Below are positions 12,753 through 24,857 of a stretch of 64,000 nucleotides of DNA, piece by piece. The DNA lies in contig NC_086098.1 in assembly GCF_963921235.1 (NCBI RefSeq), forward strand, positions 9,548,001 through 9,612,000, given 5' to 3'. The notes below the pieces were generated by a model. The model was not told where the DNA came from. It saw nothing but the letters and a program-made list of their open reading frames with translations, and searched no databases. This DNA comes from Mobula hypostoma (lineage: Eukaryota). The number at the start of each line of letters is the position of its first letter. The stretch's first letter is position 1. The position numbers were made by a program, and so were the translations under genes.

Positions 12753-15700
12753 TTTGGTCCTGGCTCAGAAGTGTGGGGTGGGAGGTGGCAATAGAGGTAC
12801 AGTGCTCTCCAGGTAACTTTATGGTTCCCTGACTCGGAAGGTAGCTTGTACGAGAAGATATGGATCAGTTTCCAGTTACTACATTTTGATCCAAGTTGTG
12901 ATAGGTATCTCAGCCTAATGTACATTACCTTGACTATTGGATATGTCTGATATATATGTGCATCTTTCTCTACCAGCAATAAAATGTTACCATTGAAAGG
13001 TTGTTGTACATGATAACTAATGTACATTTTAATTCCACCATTAAAATTCCTTCTATTCGTTTTGAATGGAAACAGTGGCACAGTAGCGTAACAGTTAGCA
13101 CAACGCTTTACGGTACCAGCAATCTCAGTTCAATTCCCACTGCTGCCTGTAAGGAGTTTGTACATTCTCCCTGTGACTGTGTAGCCTCCAACTTGATGGT
13201 GTGAATATCAATTTCTCCTTCCAGTTAAAAAAAATTCCCTCCCACTCCCTTCGTCCTCTATTTCCCACTCTGACCTCTTCTCTCTTCTCACCCGTCTATC
13301 ACCTCCCCCTGGACCCCCTCCTCCCTCACCAGTGAGGAATTGGTGGGCCACAGAGCCTCACGAGGCAGCACCCCGCACGTCTTCCAGGCTGCTCCTGGAG
13401 ACACCAGAAACAGCCGGTTGGAAGATCCGGGAACGCGAAATCACCACCATGAAGAACTGTAGTCTGAGCACAGCTGTAGATCACAGACTCTGACAGAACC
13501 CCAGCCACCTCGAAAAGGAAAGAAGAGACACTAAAGAGAGGAATGTGATGTGCTCCTCTAACTTCTTATCGCTTTTTGTATTCTTAACACTAGTCTTAAG
13601 CAGAATCCATCTAAGTATTAAGATGGTGGTGGGGTGGAGATGCATCTCTACCAAAGAAGAGGGTAGCCTGCAGATCACCCTTGGCCAAGGTGTAGCATCT
13701 GCTTCTCCCCGATCAGGGTCACGTGAACCCACGGGAGCAGGTGATGGATGATCATATGAGCAGCCGGTGCATCTCACAAGTCCTGGTTAAGCGACAACTG
13801 ACACCAGGTAGACAAGCTCTGAAGAGTATTAATAATAGCTGGGGTCACCCGTCTTGTAAAGACACTGCCTGAAAGAAGGCAATAGCAAACCACTTCTATA
13901 GAAAAATTTGCCAGAAACAATCATAGTCACGGAAAGACCATGATCGCCCATGTGGTACAACACGACAAGTCATGAAGGAGTGAATGAATGAACGAAGTGC
14001 TAAGAAAAGCTTCAGTGATTTGACTGCATCACTATGTTATCAATTCTTGAGGTAGGTAAAACTCACAGCAGCTAATATTTAAGAAGGATGCGATACAAAC
14101 TTGCTTCTTTTCTGAGTCTATGTTTAACATCCTTGGACTTAAGCTTTACGGCATCTTGGGAAAGAGTATGCTGTGTGGTGTCCGTTTTGCATTGTAAAAG
14201 GATGCATATAGATACTTAGAAAGTACGATCATGCTACTATAGGAAAGTCAATAAGCATCAGGAGGAGAAAAGCTCAAATTGGATAATTCCTGGCGAAAAC
14301 CATACATGTTCTGGTTATTGGAAGACAATTATCCCAACCTTAGGCTTCACTGCAGGAATTCGTTGGGGGCATTGACCTGGGCACAGCAATCTTCATCAGT
14401 GACTGCTCTTCCATCATACTGTAAGAGGCAGTGATTTTTACTGTTGAATTCCATTAAATATTCTTCACGAAATGAAGCTGTCCATGCTGCTGAACCTGGA
14501 TAACATTCGGGCACGGGCTGGTAAGTGGCAAGTAACACCGGTATTTCGAAAGTGCAGGTGATGATAACCTTCAACAAGTGAAACTCAAACGTAATCCTTC
14601 AAATAGGTAATTTGCCATCATCTTCAACAATAATCCTTCAAACATGTAATTTGCTGTAATAGAAGAGGAACAGACCATTTGTCCCACAGTGTTTCTAATC
14701 TTCACAGACATCTAGCGATGGGCAATTAATACTGGCCTTTTCATTGACGCATCCATCACAGAATAATTCAGACAATATTTAAGAGTTACTGAACCCTCAT
14801 GAGACACACTTTTGTGACTCAATCAGTTATTTGAAGGCTGAAATATTCAATATTCAAGATTGTTTAATGTCATCTCCAGTACACAAGTGTAAAGGAGGAC
14901 AAAATAATTGTTACTCCAGATCTGATGCAGCACAAAAAAATTAAGATAAAGAACACAGTAATTAAAAATACACAGTAAATATAACTACATAAGATAGCTT
15001 ATATACATAGATTGATTATACTCTAAGTACATGAACTGATGCTAGGTACAGGAGTGTCTGTACAGAAGGTGAGATACAGGTCCCTTCAAGTAGGCATCTT
15101 GAGTAAAAACTTGAACAGTGATGGAAAAAAGATTTCTCTTAAGTACAATACCAAAAAACCTCCATTTCAGATCTCGTCATATCTTCCAAGGTAGACTGCA
15201 ATGCGACAAATTCAACTGCAGATAGATGATTGGCTTCTGCATTTGTCTGAACTATTTACAGTGAATTCTGATAAAATTCTTTGCATTAATATGGTTGAGA
15301 CTCTGTACATCCTTTCATGAATGGTACTCACGGAAGGTAAATCTGTGAGCAACAAAAGATAACATATCCTCTGATCCTTGGTGCCAAATGGTACCAAGTG
15401 AGGATAATGCAAGATCAGATAAAATGTCAAGTCAGGTTCATCTAGAACAAGAAAGAGAAAATAGAAAACGTAATTATCTACTGATAGGTAAAATTTATTA
15501 TCTTCAAATTTAACCCTCACATCCTGAGAGCCCGTATTTGAGAGTTCTACATGCCCGGAGGTACCCTGATCTGGGGTTGGAGGCCTGTATGAGTGAGGAG
15601 GTGGGAGGGTGGGAAACAGACTTGTGCTGCTTGCATAGAGCATTGTGGAGCACGCTATGTTGGCACCAGAATGTGTGGGGTGACACTTGCCGGCTGCCCA

Positions 15701-15869
15701 CAGCACATGGGTGTGTTTGTTGTTAATGCAACTGACACATTTCATTCTATGTTTCAATGTATATGTGATAAACAAAACTGAGTCAAAATCTGAAGTTCAG
15801 TTGATTAGAATGTCTTGTACAAAAATGTCTTGTGACGTGTAACTTAGGTATATTTTTGAGGGTCTGGGA

Positions 15870-17250
15870 CAGGAGTTCCTAACCTGGGGTCCATTAACCC
15901 CTTGCTTAATGGTGTAAGACCTTAAGACACAGGAGCAGAATTAGGCCATTCAGCCCATTGAGTCTACTTGCCATTCCATCGTGGCTGATCCCAGATCCCA
16001 CTCAACCCCATACACCTGCCTTCTCCCCATATCCTTTGATGCCCTGACCGATCAGGAAACTGGCAATTTCCACCTTAAATATATGCATGGACTTGACCTC
16101 CACTGCAGTCTGTGACAGAGCATTCCAGAGATTCACTACTCTCTGGCTAAAAAGATCCCTCCTTACCTCTGTTCTAAAAGGACACTGCTCAGTTTTGAGG
16201 CTGTGCCCTTTAGTTCTGGATATCCCCATCATAGGAAACATCCTCTCCACACCCACCCTATCTAGTCCTTTCAACATTCGGTAGGCTTCAATGAAATCCC
16301 CTCGCATTCTTCTAAATCCAGTGAGTACAGGCCCAAAGCTGCCAAGCACTCTTCATACATTAACCCCTTCATTCCTGGAATCATCTTCATGAACCTCCTC
16401 TGGACTCTCTCCAATGACAACACGTTCTTTCTGAAACATGGGGTCCAAAACTGTTGGCAATACTCCAGATGTGGCCTGACTAATGTCTTATAAAAGCTCA
16501 GCATTATCTCCTTGCTTTTATATTCCATCTCCCTTGTAATAAATGCCAACATTGCATTTGCCTTCTTTACCACAGACTCAACCTGTAAATTAACCTTCTG
16601 GGAGTCTTGCACGAGGGTTCCTAAGTCCCTCTGCATCTCTGATGTTTGAATCTTCTCACCATTTAGATAATAGTCCGCACTATTGTTCCTTTAAACAAAA
16701 TGCATTATCATACATTTCCCAGCACTACTCCACCTACTACTTTTTTGCCCATTCTTCCAAATTGTCTAAGTCCTGCTGTAACTGCATTACTTCCTCAGCA
16801 CTACCTACCCCTATACCTATCTTCGTATCATCCACAAACTTTACCACAAGGCCATCTACTCCATTATCTAAATTACTGACAAACAATGTGAAAATTAGTG
16901 GTCCCAATACTGACCCTTGGGGAACACCACTAGTCACTGGCAGCAAACCAGAAAAGGCCCCTTTTATTCCCAGTTGCTGCCTCCTGCCTGTCAGCCATTC
17001 CTCTACCTATGCCAGTATCTTTCCAGTAACGCCATAAAACTTTATCTTGTTAAGCAGCCTCATGTGTGGCACCTTATCAAAAGCTTTCTGAAAATCCAAG
17101 TAAATGACATCTACTGCCTCTCCTTTGTCCACCCTGCTTGTTACTTCCTTGAAGAACTCTAACAAATTTGTCTGGCAAGATTTCCTGTGACAGAAACCAT
17201 GCTGACTTTGACTCATTGGTCCATGCCATAAAAAAGGTTGGGAACTCCTG
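15870..17250. mobile_element. Tiny hAT/Charlie-like MITE split by a CR1 insertion
   Basis: TIRs CAGGAGTTCCTAACCT / AGGTTGGGAACTCCTG; degenerate 8-bp flanks gtctggga / gtctagtg resemble the NTCTAGAN target. Confidence 0.6.
15914..17214 (-). mobile_element. 5'-truncated CR1 LINE
   Basis: [45 protein letters not shown]. Confidence 0.93.
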
Positions 17251-18169
17251 GTCTAGTGTCTTAGAAGAGCAGCCAGCTCACCTATGTTTCCAAAAAAAGA
17301 CTCACAGGATAGAGCAACACTTTATCGGAATTACATGATTACTCAAAAAGTCAACACTGTACAGTTATACATTATCTCTAATGCAAGAAAATATCTGCAA
17401 GGAGATACGCAATTTGTAATTGCACTAATATTAGCATGTCACTTGTAATTATTTACTTGCTACATCTCTCTGCTGGTAAATTCAACACAGAAAAAGAGTA
17501 GAGTTAAATCAGGGATTGCTGGACAGCACAGCTTGAAGGGCTGGAAGTGTCAATTCCACGCTGTATCTCTGTTAGAGCATTTTAGGACATATAGCAAAAT
17601 ACTAACTTCAGCCACCAATCTTCAGATCTGAGTATGGACCGTGGATTAAATTTAAAATGCAGCTCTGGACAATGGGTTCCAAAGAGCCATGAACCGCAGT
17701 CAATTAGAAAACCAGACAATGCTGACTTAACGTTCATTTTGGGTGTCAGTAGAATGTAATATTGGGCTCAGCAGGCCTCTTCTTCTGAAAGGTTCTCAAT
17801 AAGATGCTGCTGTATCTCATTTTGTTGAATAAAAGACCACTTCGTATCTACCAGCTACGTCTCTCCAATGATCTTGTTCACGTGACAACAATCCCAATCA
17901 ATAAATAAATAAATAAACGTAACAAAAAAATTGAAAAAGACAGAAGATGGTGGGAATATTGATTAGGTTGTGTCACAGCTGTGGGAAGAGAACCAGAGTC
18001 AATGTTACAGCTGAAAAACCCTTCAGCAGATATCTCCATCTGAAATATTATCTCTTGTTTCTCTTCCCACAAATGCCTGACCTGCTGGGTACTTCCACCA
18101 TCTTCTCTCTTTTACTTCAGAGTTCTACAATCTGCAAATAAAAAGCAGTGTTAATGCAAACATCCTTAC

Positions 18170-18204
18170 CGCTGAATTTCCTTTCTTGTTAAAAATGTTA
18201 GTGC
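18170..18204 (-). CDS. CIB4: CIB4-like gene, coding exon 2 (ALTFLTRKEIQR, 35 nt)
   Basis: Acceptor tttatatttctacAG, donor GTAAGG, phase 0 to 2. Matches recalled CIB4 ALTFLTRNEILC. Confidence 0.92.
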
Positions 18205-18269
18205 CTGTAGAAATATAAAAACAATGGTTATCATAGTATCTTTCTTTAAAGCACAATCAAATTGTTACC

Positions 18270-18545
18270 ATCGGGTAGGAGGTACTGAAGCCCGAAGGCA
18301 CACATTCGGTGATTCAGGAACAGCTTGTTCCCCTCTGCCATCTGATTTCTGAATGGATATTGAACCTATGAACAATACTCCAGTACTTTTTTATTTCCTA
18401 TTTTTGTACTATTTAACTATATATACTTACTGTAATTCACAGATGTTTTTCTATTTTATTGTTATGTATTGCATTGTACAGCTGCTGCAAGGTTAATAAA
18501 TTTCATGCCATATGCCGGTGATATTAACCCTGATTCTGATTCAGA
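18270..18545 (+). mobile_element. Rex1/Babar-like LINE 3' end, (GATTCT)n tail
   Basis: Same 3' end as the copy at 29345-30095. Confidence 0.7.
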
Positions 18546-18696
18546 TATCAAGAGGGTTGAAAAATATACAATGTTTGATATTTATTGCAATGAAATATAA
18601 TGGATGGAGAAAGCAGTATTTTATTTTATCTTATTTAGAGATACCACATGGAACAGGCCTTCTGGCCCAATGAGTCGCACCTCCAAGCGAACCCCG

Positions 18697-18990
18697 GCAC
18701 AGTAGTGTGGTGGTTAGCGCAACGCTTTACGGTACTAGTGACCCAGGTTCAATTCTCATCACACAGTAGTGTGGTGGTTAGCGCAATGCTTTACAGTACC
18801 AGTGACCTGCGTTCAATTCCCATCATAAGGTAGTGTAGTGGTCAGCACAACGCTTTACAGTACCAGCGACCCAAGTTCAATTCTTGCCGCTGCCTGTAAG
18901 GAGGTTGTACGTTCTCCCCGTGACCGTGTGGGTTACTGCCAGGTATTCCCATTTCCTCCCACAGTCGAAAGAAGTGTACTACTTGGTAGG
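18697..18990 (+). mobile_element. V-SINE with triplicated tRNA-like head; its tail resumes at ~23507-23577
   Basis: Three tandem gtagtgt(g/a)gtggt(t/c)agc..gttcaattc heads followed by the V-domain. Confidence 0.85.
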
Positions 18991-21632
18991 CTAATTGGTC
19001 ATTGCAAATTGTCCTGTGATTAGGCTCAGATTAAATCAAGGGATTAATTGGTCATTGCAAATTGTCCCGTGATTAGGCTCAGATTAAATCAGGGGATTAA
19101 TTGGTCTTTGCAAATTGTCCTGTGATTAGGCTCAGATTAAATCAGGGGATTAATTGGTCATTGCAAATTGTCCTGTGATTAGGCTCAGATTAAATCAAGG
19201 GATTAATTGGTCATTGCAAATTGTCCTGTGATTAGGCTCAGATTAAATCAGGGGATTAATTGGTCTTTGCAAATTGTCCTGTGATTAGGCTCAGATTAAA
19301 TCAGGGGATTAATTGGTCATTGCAAATTGTCCTGTGATTAGGCTCAGATTAAATCAGGGGATTAATTGCTCATTGTAAATTGTCCTGTGATTAGGCTCAG
19401 ATTAAATCAGGGGATTAATTGGTCTTTGCAAATTGTCCTGTGATTAGGCTCAGATTAAATCAGGGGATTAATTGGTCTTTGCAAATTGTCCTGTGATTAG
19501 GCTCAGATTAAATCAGGGGATTAATTGGTCATTGCAAATTGTCCTGTGATTAGGCTCAGATTAAATCAGGGGATTAATTGGTCTTTGCAAATTGTCCTGT
19601 GATTAGGCTCAGATTAAATCAGGGGATTAATTGGTCTTTGCAAATTGTCCTGTGATTAGGCTCAGATTAAATCAGGGGATTAATTGGTCTTTGCAAATTG
19701 TCCTGTGATTAGGCTCAGATTAAATCAGGGGATTAATTGGTCATTGCAAATTGTCCTGTGATTAGGCTCAGATTAAATCAGGGGATTAATTGGTCATTGC
19801 AAATTGTCCTGTGATTAGGCTCAGATTAAATCAGGGGATTAATTGGTCATTGCAAATTGTCCTGTGATTAGGCTCAGATTAAATCAAGGGATTAATTGGT
19901 CTTTGCAAATTGTCCTGTGATTAGGCTCAGATTAAATCAGGGGATTAATTGGTCTTTGCAAATTGTCCTGTGATTAGGCTCAGATTAAATCAGGGGATTA
20001 ATTGGTCTTTGCAAATTGTCCTGTGATTAGGCTCAGATTAAATCAGGGGATTAATTGGTCTTTGCAAATTGTCCTGTGATTAGGCTCAGATTAAATCAAG
20101 GGGATTAATTGGTCTTTGCAAATTGTCCTGTGATTAGGCTCAGATTAAATCAGGGGATTAATTGGTCTTTGCAAATTGTCCTGTGATTAGGCTCAGATTA
20201 AATCAAGGGATTAATTGGTCATTGCAAATTGTCCTGTGATTAGGCTCAGATTAAATCAAGGGATTAATTGGTCATTGCAAATTGTCCTGTGATTAGGCTC
20301 AGATTAAATCAAGGGATTAATTGGTCTTTGCAAATTGTCCTGTGATTAGGCTCAGATTAAATCAGGGGATTAATTGGTCATTGCAAATTGTCCTGTGATT
20401 AGGCTCAGATTAAATCAAGGGGATTAATTGGTCTTTGCAAATTGTCCTGTGATTAGGCTCAGATTAAATCAGGGGATTAATTGGTCATTGCAAATTGTCC
20501 TGTGATTAGGCTCAGATTAAATCAAGGGATTAATTGGTCTTTGCAAATTGTCCTGTGATTAGGCTCAGATTAAATCAAGGGATTAATTGGTCTTTGCAAA
20601 TTGTCCTGTGATTAGGCTCAGATTAAATCAGGGGATTAATTGGTCATTGCAAATTGTCCTGTGATTAGGCTCAGATTAAATCAAGGGATTAATTGGTCTT
20701 TGCAAATTGTCCTGTGATTAGGCTCAGATTAAATCAGGGGATTAATTGGTCTTTGCAAATTGTCCTGTGATTAGGCTCAGATTAAATCAGGGGATTAATT
20801 GGTCTTTGCAAATTGTCCTGTGATTAGGCTCAGATTAAATCAAGGGATTAATTGGTCATTGCAAATTGTCCTGTGATTAGGCTCAGATTAAATCAAGGGA
20901 TTAATTGGTCTTTGCAAATTGTCCTGTGATTAGGCTCAGATTAAATCAAGGGATTAATTGGTCTTTGCAAATTGTCCTGTGATTAGGCTCAGATTAAATC
21001 AAGGGGATTAATTGGTCTTTGTAAATTGTCCTGTGATTAGGCTCAGATTAAATCAAGGGATTAATTGGTCTTTGCAAATTGTCCTGTGATTAGGCTCAGA
21101 TTAAATCAAGGGATTAATTGGTCTTTGCAAATTGTCCTGTGATTAGGCTCAGATTAAATCAGGGGATTAATTGGTCATTGCAAATTGTCCTGTGATTAGG
21201 CTCAGATTAAATCAAGGGATTAATTGGTCTTTGCAAATTGTCCTGTGATTAGGCTCAGATTAAATCAAGGGATTAATTGGTCTTTGCAAATTGTCCTGTG
21301 ATTAGGCTCAGATTAAATCAAGGGATTAATTGGTCATTGCAAATTGTCCTGTGATTAGGCTCAGATTAAATCAAGGGATTAATTGGTCTTTGTAAATTGT
21401 CCTGTGATTAGGCTCAGATTAAATCAGGGGATTAATTGCTCATTGCAAATTGTCCTGTGATTAGGCTCAGATTAAATCAAGGGATTAATTGGTCTTTGTA
21501 AATTGTCCTGTGATTAGGCTCAGATTAAATCAGGGGATTAATTGGTCTTTATAAATTGTCCCATGATTAGGTTCAGATTAAATCAGGGCATTAATTGGTC
21601 ATTGTAAATTGTCCTGTGATTAGGCTCAGGTT
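18988..21632 (+). repeat. 53-bp tandem array, ~50 copies, derived from the V-SINE 3' region
   Basis: Unit ATTAATTGGTC(A/T)TTGCAAATTGTCCTGTGATTAGGCTCAGATTAAATCA(G/A)GGG; period 53 (19021 to 19074). Confidence 0.97.
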
Positions 21633-23500
21633 AAGACCATAAAACCATAAGACCATAAGACAAAGGAGCAGAAGTTGGCCATTCAGCCCATCGAGTCTGC
21701 TCTGCCATTTTATCATGAGCTGATCCATTCTCCCATTTAGTCCCACCCCTCCACCTTCTCACCATAACCTTTGATGCCCTGGCTACTCAGATACCTATCA
21801 ATCTCTGCCTTAAATACACCCAATGACTTGGCCTCCACTGCCGCCCGTGGCAACAAATTCCACAGATTCACCACCCTCTGGCTAAAAAAATTTCTTCGCA
21901 TTTCTGTTCTCAATGGGCGCTCTTCAATCCTTAAGTCATGCCCTCTCGTACTAGACTCCCCCATCATGGGAAACAACTTTGCCACATCCATTCTGTCCAT
22001 GCCTTTCAACATTCAAAATGTTTCTATGAGGTCTCCTTGCATTCTTCTAAACTCCAAGGAATACAGTCCAAGAGAGGACAAACGTTCCTCATATGTTAAC
22101 CCTCTCATTCCCGGAATCATTCCAGTGAATCTTCTCTGTACCCTCTCCAATGTCAGCACATCCTTTCTTAAATAAGGAGACCAAAACTGCACACAGTACT
22201 CCAAGTGAGGTCTCACTAGTGCCTTATAGAGCCTCAACATCACATCCCTGCTCCTATACTCTATTCCTCTAGAAATGAATGCCAACATTGCATTCGCCTT
22301 CTTCACTACCGACTCAACCTGGAGGTTAACTTTAAGGGTATCCTGTACGAGGACTCCCAAGTCCCATTGCATCTCAGAACTTTGAATTCTTTCCCCATTT
22401 AAATAATAGTCTGCCCATTTATTTCTTCTGCCAAAGTGCATAACCATACACTTTCCAACATTGTATTTCATTTGCCACTTCTTTGCCCATTCTTCCAATC
22501 TATCCAAGTCTCTCTGCAGACTCTCTGTTTCCTCAGCACTACCGGCCCCTCCACCTATCTTCGTATCGTCAGCAAACTTAGCCACAAAGCCATCTATTCC
22601 ATAATCTAAATCGTTGATGTACAATGTAAAAAGAAGCGGCCCCAACACTGATCCCTGCGGAAAACCACTGGTAATCGGCAGCCAACTAGAATAGGATCCT
22701 TTTATTCCCACTCTCTGTTTCCTGCCAATCAGCCAACGCTCTATCCACGTATGTAACTTTCCCATAATTCCATGGGCTCTTATCTTGTTAAGTAGCCTCA
22801 TGTGTGGCACCTTGTCAAAGGCCTTCTGAAAATCCAAATATACAACATCCACTGCATCTCTCTTGTCCAGCCTACTGGTAATTTCCTCAAAAAATTGTAA
22901 TAGGTTTGTCAGGCAGGATTTTTCTTTAAGGAATCCATGCTGAGTTCTGCCTATCTTGTCATATGCCTCCAGGTACTCTGTAACCTCATCCTTGACAATC
23001 GACTCCAACAACTTCCCAACCACCGATGTCAAGCTAACAGGTCTATAATTTCCTTTTTGCTTCTTTGCCCCCTTCTTAAATAGCGGAGTGACATTTGCAA
23101 TCTTCCAGTCCTCCGGAACCATGCCAGAATCTATCGACTTTTGAAAGACCATCGCTAATGCCTCCGCAATCTCCACAGCTACTTCCTTCAGAACACAAGG
23201 GTGCATTCCATCTGGTCCAGGAGATTTATCGACCTTTAGACTATTCAGCTTCCTGAGTACTTTCTCTGTCGTAATTGTGACTGCGCACACTTCTCTTCCC
23301 TGACACCCTTGAGTGTCCGGTATACTGCTGATGTCTTCCTCAGTGAAGACTGATGCAAAATACTCATTCAGTTCCTCTGCCATCTCCTTATCTCCCATTA
23401 CAATTTCTCCAGCATCATTTTCTATCGGTCCTATATCTACTCTCTCCTGTCTTTTACTCTTTATATACTTGAAAAAGCTTTTAGTATCCTCTTCGATATT
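21633..23500 (-). mobile_element. Young 5'-truncated CR1 LINE with an uninterrupted 461-aa RT segment
   Basis: ORF 22013-23398: NYRPVSLTS, YLDFQKAFDKVPH, PQGSVLGP, FADDTK. (TTATGGTC)n-type tail at ~21635-21660. Confidence 0.96.
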
Positions 23501-23989
23501 ATCAAAGATTAAATCGGGGATTGCTGGGCAACATGGCTCGAAGGGCCTATTCAGTGCTGTATCTCAATAAATAAATATTTAACCCTAGCCTAATCACAGG
23601 ACAATTAGAATGACTAATTAACCTATTAATCAGGACATGTTTGGACTGTGGGAGGAAACTGGAGCACAGAAAGCAACAAATCTGGAAAGTCACCTGGTAC
23701 CTACTTCGGCCCTGAGTCTGGATATGGTAAAGTCACTCACAACCCATTGATCCTCGAAAGTCTTTCTCTCAAAAGAAGGAGGATTTGTTAGGAGAGCTAA
23801 CACAGAATAGCCCAGCAACAGTCTGACGTAGTTATAGAATCACAGAACACTGCAGCAGAAAAACGGACACTTTGGTCCATCTAGTCTGTGTCAAACAGTT
23901 TTTTGCCTCATCCCATCGAGCTGCATCGGGACCATTGCTCTCCAGACCTCTCCCATCCAAACTTCTCTGAAACGTTGCAGTGGAACTTG

Positions 23990-24280
23990 CCCTTTATTTT
24001 ATATTACTCATTTTGAGATGCAGTGCGGAATAGGCATTTCCAGCCCAGTGAGCCACACCATTCAGCAAACCACCTATTCAACCCTAGCCCAATCACAGGA
24101 CAATTTACTGTGACCAAGTAACCTACTAATCATTACGTGGGAGGAAACCAGAGCACCCGGAGGAAACCTACACGTTCATAAGGAAGACGAATAAACTCCT
24201 TACAGAGGACAGTGGAGTTAAACTCCAAACTGCAACACCCTGAGCTGTAATAGTGTTTCACTAACCAGTACACTGCTGTG
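23990..24280 (-). mobile_element. V-SINE (further copies ~36545-36778 -, 50595-50880 -, 51708-51985 +, 44535-45675 + split by an LTR)
   Basis: Reverse complement of the V-domain: gggaggaaaccagagcacccggaggaaacc. Confidence 0.8.
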
Positions 24281-24857
24281 GCGCCCTATGCCATGGGAAC
24301 ATTCTTGCTTCTACACAGCTCCTGCCCTTCACCCAATCAAAGACAAATTTTCCCCCTTTCCCAGTTCCCTTGCTTTGTTTGCATTGTACAGCCTGTTTAT
24401 TTCCATTTTTCCCTGTTTCTGATGAAAGATCACTGAATTGAGATTTTAACCGTATCTTTCTCCACAGAAGCTGCTTCACCAGTTGAGTATTTCCTGAATC
24501 TTGTGTATTATCTCAAAGTCAAAAGTCAAAATCGAGTTTGCTATCATATGTACGAGTACAGTACATGTGTGTACAGCCGCATTGAAAAACTTACTCGCAG
24601 CACCATTACTGACACACAGCATCAGACAAGCAGCTTTCACAAGAAAACATCAATTAAGCACAATTTATAAACATCATAGCATTTTTTACAAGAAGGATAA
24701 AAAGATAAAAGTCCATCGTAGTGCAAAGTGGTCATGATGTTGCTGACCTGAGGTAGTGAACAGGTTGTGCACGTTCATGAGCTGATCGATCAAAGGCCAT
24801 GAACCTGATGGTGTGTGACATCAGGCTTCTGTACCTCATGCTCAATGGTACGTATGA

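Noticed and set aside
15212..15775. 187-aa ORF as a single-exon gene
   Set aside because: Starts inside a SINE-like repeat and has no recognisable domain. Only the internal 110-nt exon-like segment was kept as a candidate.
18988..21632. CRISPR-like array
   Set aside because: Head-to-tail near-identical units with no unique spacers, no cas genes, eukaryotic context, and the unit derives from a SINE.
22013..23398. Domesticated RT gene or retron-like system
   Set aside because: Ordinary 5'-truncated CR1 ORF2 with its 3'UTR and microsatellite tail.
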